DNA of 64,000 bases from the human T2T-CHM13v2.0 reference genome, Homo sapiens. Numbering within the stretch: position 1 is the stretch's first letter; each line of letters starts with the position of its first letter. The notes under the pieces were generated by a model. That model searched no databases, was not told the origin of the DNA, and worked only from the letters and a program-made list of their open reading frames with translations. The position numbers and the translations under genes were made by a program. Positions 28,600 to 52,678 of this stretch are shown in pieces. The stretch lies in assembly GCF_009914755.1 (NCBI RefSeq), contig NC_060943.1. One strand, given 5' to 3'.

Positions 28600-29420
28600 G
28601 ATGAGATCCCGGGGATGGGGCTTTCGCGGAGCCTACTTCCTCCTTCCTCCTTTCTCGTCCCCACTGGACCCAGACCCAGCTTTGAAGACAGGGTCGGAGT
28701 GAAGTTTGCAACTGGGAAGGCTGCACGCCCCCATGTCCTCCCCCCAAAACCTCTAAACCCGGCCGGCAACGGCGGGAACTGGGATGTGCACCCACCGGGC
28801 ATCGGAGCAGTCCCGAGGCACCAGGTGCTCCCATCCAAGTGCAGCCTGTCAAGCGCAGCCAGTCCCCGCGGCTTCTTCCTGAGGACCTCCGGCCGCGCTC
28901 CTTCCGCGCCCGCGTCCAGACTCACCCTTCCGGGGGAACACAAGCTCGAACCCGGACCCCTCCCCGCTCCCGCGGGTAGCTACTGCTTGTCCCCCGCCGA
29001 GACGCCTCCTCCCATTGGCCGCCTGAAACGCACACGCCCATTGGCAGCTGCTCTGTTCTCCCTGCTCGTCACCATTGGATTTTTTTTTTTTTGGCCATGG
29101 TGGCGGCACTCTCATTGGTCCTGGGGCTCATTCGTCACTCAGCCGCGATTGGCTGAGTCGGCACCCAGATGCGCTGTCGCTTCTGCTATTGGCTGGCACT
29201 CGGTGGACGGAGACGGGGGAGGGGCTTGCGAGAGGCGGGAGGGAGAGCGAAGTGTGTGGGCAACGCGGCCGGATCCTGGAGTTCCCCTCCGTGCTGTGGA
29301 ATTGGGTCAGGCGTGTACGGTCCTGACCCTAGGACACAGCTGCATGTCCTCACCTCGGTGTTCAAAGCTGCACCGGCCACCATTCAACCCTCCGACGCCC
29401 TGCCCTTTGGCTTCCCCGTT
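28600..29420 (-). promoter_or_regulatory. TYK2: TYK2 CpG-island promoter with six CCAAT boxes
   Basis: CpG-dense; ATTGG (+) at 29014, 29040, 29074, 29114, 29148, 29188; no TATA seen. Confidence 0.88.
28796..28988 (-). other. TYK2: TYK2 non-coding exon 1 (TSS approximate)
   Basis: CpG-rich; donor CCG|GTGGGT; alternative donor AGG|GTGAGT at 28926; matches recalled mRNA 5' end. Confidence 0.8.
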
Positions 29421-29892
29421 CCATCCGGTCCTGTCTCCTTTCCCTCGTTTCTACCTGGCCGACTCCATCCTGCTGACTAGAATTCCCCCTCCTTCACTCC
29501 TGGGAGGCATTCCTCGCCCACCTGCCCCAGTCCTCTTCCTGATCACCTGCAGCCCTGTCCTCTGAAGCTCCCTAGCGGTCAGGGTAGCAGCTTGGACATC
29601 CCGCCAGACGTGAATTCAAATCCCCACTCCGCAAGTCGTGCCCATTTGCTGAGAAGCCTACAGCCAGAGCGTTTCACATACATTATCTCATTTGATCCTA
29701 GCAGCAATTCCCTGTATGGCGGCTCTTATTATCCCCATTTCACAGAGGAAGAAACTCAGGCATGAAGAGGTAACAAAGACCGTCCTCTGACCCTTCTTCT
29801 GTGCCACACCATAACCACTCCTCGACTTTGTCTTTCACCTGCCCAGCCAAGTCTTAGCAAAGAAGCCTATTAAGTCATCCGCTCATCCTTGA

Positions 29893-37375
<7,483 letters not shown>

Positions 37376-37492
37376 AGATCTTGGAAGGTGTCTGAGGCTC
37401 AATCAGGGTTCCAGGAGTCCCCCTGCAGCTCCTACCTGTCGTTCTCACTCATACAAAACACTAAGGAAAGTTACTAGATTTGCAGCTCACTC

Positions 37493-37506
37493 CTGCCCCC
37501 TGGTGG
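37493..37506 (-). promoter_or_regulatory. CTCF motif 1 (CCACCAGGGGGCAG)
   Basis: Near-perfect CTCF core consensus. Confidence 0.75.
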
Positions 37507-38022
37507 TGATCGGCTTGGGCACAACAGCATTCCAGGGGTTTTTATCCAATGCTTTTGCAAATGTTTCCTGAAGGTCCCCTTTCTGGCACTGTGTATGTTG
37601 CAAGAAAAAGTCCGTGCTCTGGTGGCACCCACAGTACATGGGAGGTGACAATACACAGGTCTGTGTGAAGAAAGGCATGTGAGGCAGGTTTGGTGGCTGA
37701 GCATGAGGGGAATTAAAGTAGGTCAAGGAGGGCCTCAGAGAAGTGGCATTGATCTGTGGTCTGAGTGACAAGCAGTCCCCTCAGAGATGATGTCCCCCAG
37801 GAGAGGTAGGCATAAGTCTACTGGATCGGAGGTATTTCATGTCTTAAACTGATGTGAACCTGGGTATTTATTGTACTTTGATCTTAGCTCACTGCAGCCT
37901 TGACCTCCCGGGCTCAAGCAATCCTCCTGCCTTAGCCTCCCAAGTATCTGTAACTACAGGTGCGCCCCACTGCGCCCAGCACTGTTTTTTTTTTTTTTTT
38001 GTTGTTGTTGTTTTTGAGATAA

Positions 38023-38196
<174 letters not shown>

Positions 38197-38833
38197 TAGC
38201 CAGGCTGGTCTTGAACTCCTGGGCTCAAGTGATCCTCCTGCCTCAGTCTCCCAAAGTGTTGGGATTACAGGTGTGAGCCACGCCTGGCCGTGCACTCTTC
38301 TTTAAGACTTTTCCTGTGGCAGAAATATTTTGTGACTTTTGAAGACGGCCAGCAAGTGCCAAGGTCCCCGTTCAGAGAATCTGAGTGCCAGGTGCCAGTT
38401 GTCTGAACCATTACCTCACTTGTCCCCCTCACTACGGCCTGAGGAGGGCACTAGCGCGACGACGTTAGCCCTAAGAGCAGGGACACTGAGGCTCAGCGCA
38501 TCACCCAAAGCCACACGAAGAGAAATTTCAAGTGCTCAAGGGCCAGCATGGAGTTGGGGACAACAGGGCAGCGAGGCAACAGGCAGATGGTGCTGGGGGC
38601 CTGGTCAGTTGCAGGGAGGACTTCGGCTTCTGCTCCCAGGGAGGGGAGTCCTGCGAGGCTTTTGAGCAGAGGTGGGACATGCCCTGACCTGGGTGTTCAC
38701 AGGTACCCTCTGGCTGCTGCCTGTTCAGGGGCTGACTTGTAGTGGGGAATGAGGAGGAGGCTGGGGCAGGAATTAGAGCCAGAGGCGATGGGGACCTGAA
38801 GGCCATAGGGACAAAAGGCAGTGGTCAGAATCA

Positions 38834-38986
<153 letters not shown>

Positions 38987-39301
38987 TTAGCCGAGTGTGG
39001 TGGCGGGTGCCTATAATCCCAGCAGGAGGCTGAGGCAGGAGAATCACTTGAACCTGGGAGGTGGAGGTTGTAGTGATCCGAGATTCCACCACCGCACTCC
39101 AGCCTGGGTGATAGCTGGACTCTCAAAAAAAAAAAAAAAAAAAAATCTGTTTGGGGGCAGCGCTGGCCATAGGGTGGGGAGATATAGTCCATCCAGGATG
39201 CTGCTCCAAAAGGTTGTAGGAAGCTGGAAAGGTGTGGGGTGCGGGCAGGTGCGCCAGATCCACAAAACCCTAGGGAATGTGACTTGGTTTGCAGATCACT
39301 A

Positions 39302-39315
39302 CTGCCCTCTGGTGG
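39302..39315 (-). promoter_or_regulatory. CTCF motif 2 (CCACCAGAGGGCAG)
   Basis: Near-perfect CTCF core consensus, same orientation as motif 1. Confidence 0.75.
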
Positions 39316-39589
39316 TGATCAGCTTGGGCCACCCTGCATTCTGGAGGTCCAAGTAGGGACAAGGGAGTGGGTGGGTGAGACTGAAGGTTGGGGGCTTTTG
39401 AGGCCTCTGGAAGAAGACTGTTCCAAGTTGTGGAACAGCATGTGTGAGGCGAGGACCCACGATGGCTGGTGGGCAAAGGACCAGAGAAGCACAGCTCAGC
39501 CCCCAGTATCCCACCAAGTTTCCCTCCCACCTACAAGAGATGGGCTGCCTGAACGGCCCTCCCAGCAGCCCAGAGAGCATCTGAAATCT

Positions 39590-39595
39590 TTTATT
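39590..39595 (-). terminator. CDC37: CDC37 polyadenylation signal AATAAA
   Basis: TTTATT on + strand about 400 nt past the stop codon. Confidence 0.85.
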
Positions 39596-39992
39596 GGAAG
39601 ATCATTGCTGTTTGCCAAATAGAAGACACAGACAGCAGACGAACAGTGAAAACAGAGCCCAGTGACGAGAGCCGGCCCCTTGGCTGGGGACCCTCCCCAA
39701 CTACCTGGTAGACCAGCCTGGTGACCTCTGCCCTTCCCCGGACCCCCGGGCCTTTGGCATAATGCTGATGGGGGGCTGCAGGCAGTGAAGCCCCTTGACT
39801 CAAAGCAGAGACTTGAATGGGCGCTGGAGAGTGGAGACAGTGGAGAGGCCAGGGAGGGCTGGGCGGGCCCCCCAGGCTGGGCCGAGCAGCGCAAGTAGAG
39901 GAAGTCAGGAGCGGGCGAGATGGCATCTATCTGTTTTCTGAAAAGGGGCACATAGGGGCCTGGAAGCAGGTGGCGGTGGTAGCTGGGGCAGG

Positions 39993-40148
39993 TCACACAC
40001 TGACATCCTTCTCATCGCCCGTCTTGGGAACAGCTTCCAGTAATGGGTCCCCAGGACCTGCCTCCTCTCCCTCCTTGGCCTCGCTGGCCTTAGAGTTGGG
40101 GACCCAGAGGCCAGAGTCAATGCAGCGCTGCATGTGGTACTTTGCGTC
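39993..40148 (-). CDS. CDC37: CDC37 exon 8 coding part (TGA at 39995-39993)
   Basis: [51 protein letters not shown]; total CDS 1137 nt. Confidence 0.98.
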   Translation of the reverse strand, partial: DAKYHMQRCIDSGLWVPNSKASEAKEGEEAGPGDPLLEAVPKTGDEKDVSV

Positions 40149-40250
40149 CTGTGAGGAGAAGGCAGGCAGATGAGGTGGGGCCGCCAGCCGGTGGTCCCCG
40201 TTGTCCCCGTTGTCCCTTGCACATCCCCAAGCTGGCTTCCTGCCTATTGA

Positions 40251-40550
<300 letters not shown>

Positions 40551-40596
40551 TAAATTTTATTTAACTTTAATTTAAATTTAGATAGTGCAATCTAGA

Positions 40597-40810
40597 ACAA
40601 AAGCCAGCAAATTTTTTTTTGGTAAAGGGACAGACTAAATATTTCTGGTTCCGTGAGCCATATGGTCTCCATCACGACTCAACTCTGCTGTGGTAGAGCA
40701 AGATCGGTTGTAGATGATAGGGAAACAATTGAGCGTGGCTTCTTTGTTCTAATAAAACTTTATTATAAAGACAGGCAGTGAGTCTGGGAGCTGCGGTTTG
40801 CAGAACCTGG
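40597..40810 (+). mobile_element. MER58A-like hAT element, CDC37 intron 7
   Basis: GTAAAGGG...TAAATATTT, CAACTCTGCTGTGGTAG and AATAAAACTTTATT motifs; TCTAGA flanks. Confidence 0.7.
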
Positions 40811-41527
40811 TCTAGATGGCTATGCCCATAGAAGCTTCTAGAAACTCAGGGCCAGTCCTGCAGCTAGACCCATTTTACAGACGAGAAAACCAGTGTGATC
40901 AACCAGTGAGCCAAGTGGTAGGAATAGGATCAAACAGTGTCCTACTTAGATTCAACGTCTATTACCACTTCCAAAAATATAGCCAGTGAGACCTTGTCTT
41001 TATAAAAACATAATTTAAAAAAAAATTAGCTAGATGTCATGGTGTCAGCCTGTAACCCCAGCTACTTGGGGAGGCTGAGGTGGGAGGATCACTTGAGCCT
41101 GGGAGGTCGAGACTGCAGCCTGGGTGAGAGAGGAAGACCCTGTCTCTCAAAAACAAGTAGACAAAATCCAATTAACAGCCAGCGTTTACCAGCCCCTGCC
41201 ATGTGCTCACCTCCCTTTCCCACGCATTTTGTGAGCTGATATTGAGAGAAAATGTGGTTTGGATAAGGAAACTGAGGCTGGACTCAGTCACAGTAACAGT
41301 GACAGTCACGAAGGACATGCGCTCAAAGCTCAGCATTTATCTGCTGGATACTGGGATACAGTAGGTGCTCAATATATGTGGGTGTGTGCCAAGGTGACAC
41401 GACCCCCCTTACTCCTTGGAGAAGCCTTGGAGGGGCACTTTCACCAGCCGGCTTCAGAGACTTGGGACACAGGGCTGGGGGAGACACACGGCCCGCCGGG
41501 AAGGCATGGGGCGCGGGGGTTACTCAC

Positions 41528-41599
41528 GGTGGGGTCCATCTTGCTGATGGCGTCCTGCAGCATCTGCACGTCCTTCACATCGAAGCACTTCTGGAGTTC
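41528..41599 (-). CDS. CDC37: CDC37 exon 7
   Basis: ELQKCFDVKDVQMLQDAISKMDPT; 72 nt. Confidence 0.98.
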
Positions 41600-41700
41600 C
41601 TGGGGGTACAGAGGGGCTGGGGTCAGGGGCTGGGTCCCTGTGGCCCTGGGGGGTCCCGCTCAGGGTCTTCCTGCTGCCCGCCTGGGCCGGGGAGCCCCAC

Positions 41701-41883
41701 CTCAGGGAGGGACTCGTAGACCTCGACGGGGTCCAGGCCGCCGGGGCCGAGCCGCTTCTTGCGCTCCTCCTCCTCGTACTCCTTCATGGCCTTCTCGATG
41801 CGCAGCTTGGCACGGCCCCGCACACGCTCCTTGAAGGCTTCCAGCTCGTCGTTGAAGCCCTCCATGTACTGGCGATCGGCTGT
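41701..41883 (-). CDS. CDC37: CDC37 exon 6
   Basis: TADRQYMEGFNDELEAFKERVRGRAK...GPGGLDPVEVYESLPE; 183 nt. Confidence 0.98.
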
Positions 41884-42345
41884 CTATGGGGGTTGGGCAG
41901 TGCTCACTGGACCTGGCCCAACGCTCAGGAGGGACTGGGGGGCCCAGGACCCTCCAGCCACAGCTCCTCAGAGGCGCCCCACGGTTCCCCAAGTCTATTC
42001 CTGACCTACATGAAGGGCTCCCCAAGGCCTGGGCTCCCCCGCCGGGGACCTCATCTGGCATTTGCCAAAGACCACCTGCTTGGGAGCCCTGCTCTACTGC
42101 AGATCTGAGACACTCATGTCCTCAGTGTCCCTGCATGGGCACCTCTAACTCAACATGGCCACCTCCCAGCCTGCCTTGTCCTTGGTCTCCCTAATCTCGG
42201 TAAGGATAGCCCTGTTCCTCCAGGTACGCAGGTTAAAAATCCTAGAGGCTAGGCCGGGCGCGGTGGCTCACGCCTGTAATCCCAGCACTTTGGGAGGCCG
42301 AGGCGGGCGGATCACGAGGTCAGGAGTTCGAAAACATCCTGGCTA

Positions 42346-42830
<485 letters not shown>

Positions 42831-42997
42831 TCACCCAGGCTGCAGTGCAGTGGCAAACCACAGCTCAAACTCCTGAGCTCAAGTGATCCTCCTGCCTCAG
42901 CCTCCCAAATAGTTGGGACTATAGTACTCAGTCACCAAGCCTGGCCTGACCTCCACTTTTATTTAATTAATTAATTTATTTATTTATTTATTTTTGA

Positions 42998-43254
<257 letters not shown>

Positions 43255-43462
43255 TGAGCCACTGCGCCCGGCCTCCACTTTTAAAGTCTGGCAGAATCTG
43301 CCCACTTCTCTCCTCCTCCCTGGCCCCACCCTCTCCTGATCTAGGATGCGGTGACTGGAGGGGCTTGAGTCCCAGTGGAGAGGAGTCGGCCTTACCTAGA
43401 GCATTGTGGGCTGGTTCCCTGGGGAGGGGGCCTCCAGCCACCTGGCAGCTCAGGGACCCTAC

Positions 43463-43585
43463 CTTAATCTTAGTGAAGAACTGCCGGAAGCAGGCCCGGG
43501 GGTCCACCTTTAGGCTCTTGGCCAGCTCCAGGATAAATTGCATGACGATTGTCTGGTGGGCCACCTGCTCCATGAGTGCACATTT
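43463..43585 (-). CDS. CDC37: CDC37 exon 5
   Basis: [41 protein letters not shown]; 123 nt. Confidence 0.98.
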
Positions 43586-43669
43586 CTGCCAGGAAGAACA
43601 GGCACAGCGTCACCAAGTGGCGGCCTCATGGCAGCGCCTTTTCACAGTCCCGGGGAAAGCTCCACTCAC

Positions 43670-43785
43670 CTCCTCCACCTCTAGGTCAATGCACCAAATG
43701 ACCAGGTAATTGGCTGTCTCCTCGCACACCAGGTGGACGTTGTCTGACAGGTACTTTTGGCTGTCATCCCAGCGGCGAAGCATGC
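43670..43785 (-). CDS. CDC37: CDC37 exon 4 (Hsp90-binding middle domain)
   Basis: MLRRWDDSQKYLSDNVHLVCEETANYLVIWCIDLEVEE; 116 nt. Confidence 0.98.
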
Positions 43786-43876
43786 CTGTGGGAAGATGCT
43801 GGCAAGGTGCTGGAGGGCCCTGGAGGCAAAGGGCCTGCCTCGACCTTGCCCCCCATAACCCACAAGCCCCACTCAC

Positions 43877-43985
43877 CAAAGTGCTTGATCTGTTTCTCGT
43901 ATTTTTCCACGAAGGTCTTGTGTTTCTGCTCCCTCACCTCCTCTGAGTCCTCCTCCGTCTTCTCGGGCTTGGTATTTACCATGCT
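43877..43985 (-). CDS. CDC37: CDC37 exon 3
   Basis: SMVNTKPEKTEEDSEEVREQKHKTFVEKYEKQIKHF; 109 nt. Confidence 0.98.
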
Positions 43986-44293
43986 CTGTGGTAGGGTGAG
44001 AGGGGGAGTGGGCTGGGGCAAGGCTGCGGAGCGCCTCGAGCGCGGCCGGGCGGGCCGTGGTCGCAGCGCCCATCCCATCCACGGCGGAGGTGGTGACGAA
44101 GCCATGAGCATCAAGGTGGCGGGAGCGTGGGCATGGGCCTTGGGGCAGATCAGAGGAGGGGACCGGTGGGGTGTTTCATCCGCCCGGCCCCCCAAGCCTG
44201 TCCCCCCTCCCACGTGGCCCCCGTCCATCCCTCAGCTCCCCGCCCCCCACCACACTCTTCAACTACACCACCGGGGTCCTCCCCTGACCAGGC

Positions 44294-44363
44294 ATTGGGT
44301 GCGCATGCGTCCTGGTTGCAGGCTCTCTGGCTGCGCATGCGCACTGCCCGCCCCGCCCGCCCC
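44294..44363. promoter_or_regulatory. Intronic NRF1/CCAAT/GC-box module
   Basis: ATTGG at 44294; TGCGCATGCG 44300-44309; perfect TGCGCATGCGCA 44332-44343; CCGCCC repeats. Confidence 0.65.
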
Positions 44364-44369
44364 GCACAC

Positions 44370-44645
44370 CTTGCTGAAGCCGTCTTTGCTGAGCGTGTCC
44401 ACGTTCCAGGGCATGCTCTTCTCCTTCTTGCGCATCTCCTCCAGCTTCTGCTCCCAGCTCCGCTCCTCCTTGCGCAGCTGCTGTGCCTCGGCCTGCAGGC
44501 GCTCCAGCTCTGCCTTGCCGCCCTCGGCCACCTCCAGCTCCTTCAGTTTCCTCTGGCACTCGGCCACCTTGCGCTTGCACTCGCGGCAGCCCCTGTCCAG
44601 TTCCTCCTTCTCCTTCTGGAACTGCTCCATGCGTTCCACCCGGGC
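44370..44645 (-). CDS. CDC37: CDC37 exon 2 (N-terminal coiled coil)
   Basis: ARVERMEQFQKEKEE...PWNVDTLSKDGFSK; 276 nt. Confidence 0.98.
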
Positions 44646-45004
44646 CTGCGGGCAGGGACGGCCTATCAACTCTGGGGAGTCGTCTGTCCCTTACCCCCGC
44701 CCCATACCCAATCCCTGCACCGGAGATGGCCCCAGGAAAAAGTACGCGTCCACCTCCCGTGCCCTGGTCTCCCAGCTTCCGCCCCTGCGCCCACAGGTGC
44801 CAGCGCACACCCAAGTGGGGTCAGGTCCCTCCGTCCTCTGCTCAGAACCCTGGCGGCTCCCATCTCACAGCAGAACCCAAGTTGTCACCACAGCCTACAT
44901 GGGCCCTACACAATCTGCCTCGGCACCTCCCCTGGTAACTCTTCCTTCCAGCTACACCAGCCCCTCACTTTTCTCACCTTTTCTTGAGGCCATTTTTTTT
45001 GTTT

Positions 45005-50703
<5,699 letters not shown>

Positions 50704-51833
50704 TTAAGTCTTAGTCATCCCATTGGCTCGTGAGCACTGAGAGGGTGGTGGGACATGGATCACCCAGGCTTGGGATTCTGGGGTCTGGATTCGGGACCTC
50801 TGTTGTGGTCAGATAGAAGAAGGGGTGGTGAATTTAGAATCAGACCAGGAGAGTCCCTGGATAAGAGCAGGGACAATTTGGGTCACAGAGTAGCTAACAG
50901 GCTGGGGACAAAAGGTGGGGTGGGTTTGGGGTTCTGGGCTTGAGTTAGGGGAGAGTTTCCAATGCTGGCTGAGGCTCATACAGGAAGCCAGTCTGGGAAG
51001 TGGGTGGTGACAGGGTCTGCAATACCAAGTAGGAGCAGGGGCTCTGGCTAGGCCGGAAGCCACGTGGGCAGGATTTCCTGGTATAATGGGAAATGGGTCT
51101 ACCGGAGGCCAAAGGAGAGGCTGGAATGTGAGGCTCTATCGGGTTGGAGCTGGTAGTTAGATCCAGAGGGGAACCAGATTCCAAAACCCAAGTACTCGGT
51201 GAGACTAAGGATCCTGAAGGGGGACGGTTCTACACTCTAGGAAGGGGGTCCTGGGTGTGGGCAGGGACAGGAATATCAGAGTAGCACAGAGTTCCTTGTT
51301 CCGTTTAGAAAAGGAGTGGCGACTCCGGATCTGAATGGGAACCCCGGATCAAGATCCCGGAAAGTAGATCCCGGGACAGACCAAAGTATTGGGGGTCCAG
51401 ACTACGGAGGTGGGGGGGCGATGGGAGATCCCAGATAGGAAGTGAATACCCGAATAGGATGAGGGATCATCTAGAAGAATTTGGGGTCCAAACTTTGAGG
51501 CAGAGTTCTGGGTATAAATGTTAACTGCCGAACAGAATTAGGGAGAACCCCCAAGACTCGTCTAGGGGACTCCAGACTATGAAGAAGTTCTAGGGGGTGA
51601 ATAGGGAATCCCACGCAAAAATCGGAGCAGGGAGTGGGGGAGCGGAGATCCAGGGCAGGGACTCAGGGTCCCAATGGTACTGGGGTCCCGGAGTTGAATC
51701 GAAGCTCCTGAAAATCCAGACTGGGGGGGTGAGAATCCTAGGTGTGAACAGCGGGGTCCCTGGGCAGTATCGGGGATCACAACTCCGAAGCGGGGTCCGG
51801 GAGTGGGGAAAGGGATGGGCGCGCGCGCCTTAC

Positions 51834-51935
51834 CTGATGCCGCCAGCGGAAGAGACTGGCCGTGTCGATGTTGGGGTGCGTCTCGTCTTCATCATCAGAC
51901 ACCTCAATGTGGTCCCACACGCTGTAGTCCACCAT
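51834..51935 (-). CDS. CDC37: CDC37 exon 1 coding part (Hsp90 kinase co-chaperone; Ser13 CK2 site, HPNID motif)
   Basis: [34 protein letters not shown]; 102 nt; donor CAG|GTAAGG. Confidence 0.99.
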
Positions 51936-51994
51936 CTTGCCTTGGCGGCCCAGCCCGCTCCGGCTCGGGTGGCGGCGACGGCGGCAGCAGTGGA
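51914..51994 (-). ncRNA. MIR1181: MIR1181 annotated precursor overlapping the CDC37 5'UTR and ATG; mature sequence about 51961-51981
   Basis: Matches recalled hsa-mir-1181 (mature CCGUCGCCGCCACCCGAGCCG); whether it is a genuine miRNA is doubtful. Confidence 0.75.
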
Positions 51995-52300
51995 GACTAG
52001 GAGCGCGGAGCCCCGCCCCTTCCGCTTCCGCCGAGCGCGGGAAACCCCGCCCTGTGTGACGTCACATCCCTAGTAACCGCGGCAGCGGCACTAGCTACCC
52101 AGCCAGCCTTAAAGGGCCCTGCGTAAGTGTTCCGGCCCCCTGGAGTTCCCGCAGAGACTCCGCGTCATCGGGCGCTGGGGCTCCGCTAGGTCTCCTGGGG
52201 GCATATGAGTGCGCGCTTCAACTCCGAGCCCCCCTCATCTCCCGCCGCTCCACGGTGGGCGTTTGGGGTGGCAGGGAGGGGACGGTTGATGAGACTGAGA
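51995..52300. promoter_or_regulatory. CDC37: CDC37 CpG-island promoter
   Basis: GC box about 52011; tandem ETS CGGAAGCGGAAG (-) about 52019-52030; NF-kB-like GGGAAACCCC 52039-52048; CRE palindrome TGTGACGTCACA 52055-52066. Confidence 0.85.
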
Positions 52301-52615
52301 GGACTGTCCCCTCAGCCACGCCGCAGTGACGTCTGCAAGGGGTAGGGACACGGCGGGAAGGCCCTCCCCCTGCCCTTCGTAAACGGGGACCTAAGCCTGC
52401 GCTGGAGAGGGGCGCCTGATGACTCCTCGGACTTTCTCAGCCCGAGGAGGACTGGACCTGCCCTGGGGGTGTCTAAATCGGGGGTGGTATGGCCCTCCCC
52501 TTGCAGGGTTAAACGTGGAGGGGAGACTGTGGCCCTGCCTTGGGAGCTGGGGTTTCCCCGCCTCGGCAACAGCCTTCTCCTTGTCTTCCACCTCCTGCCA
52601 TTCGCAGCGAGGACT

Positions 52616-52678
52616 CGCGCGCGCGCGCGCGCGCGCGCACACACACACACACACACGCACACACACACACACACACAC
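52616..52678. repeat. (CG)11(CA)n alternating purine-pyrimidine tract
   Basis: Directly visible, 63 bp. Confidence 0.95.

Noticed and set aside
28573-29565. 330-aa + strand ORF over the TYK2 promoter
   Set aside because: Non-ATG start; stop-poor CpG-island composition explains its length
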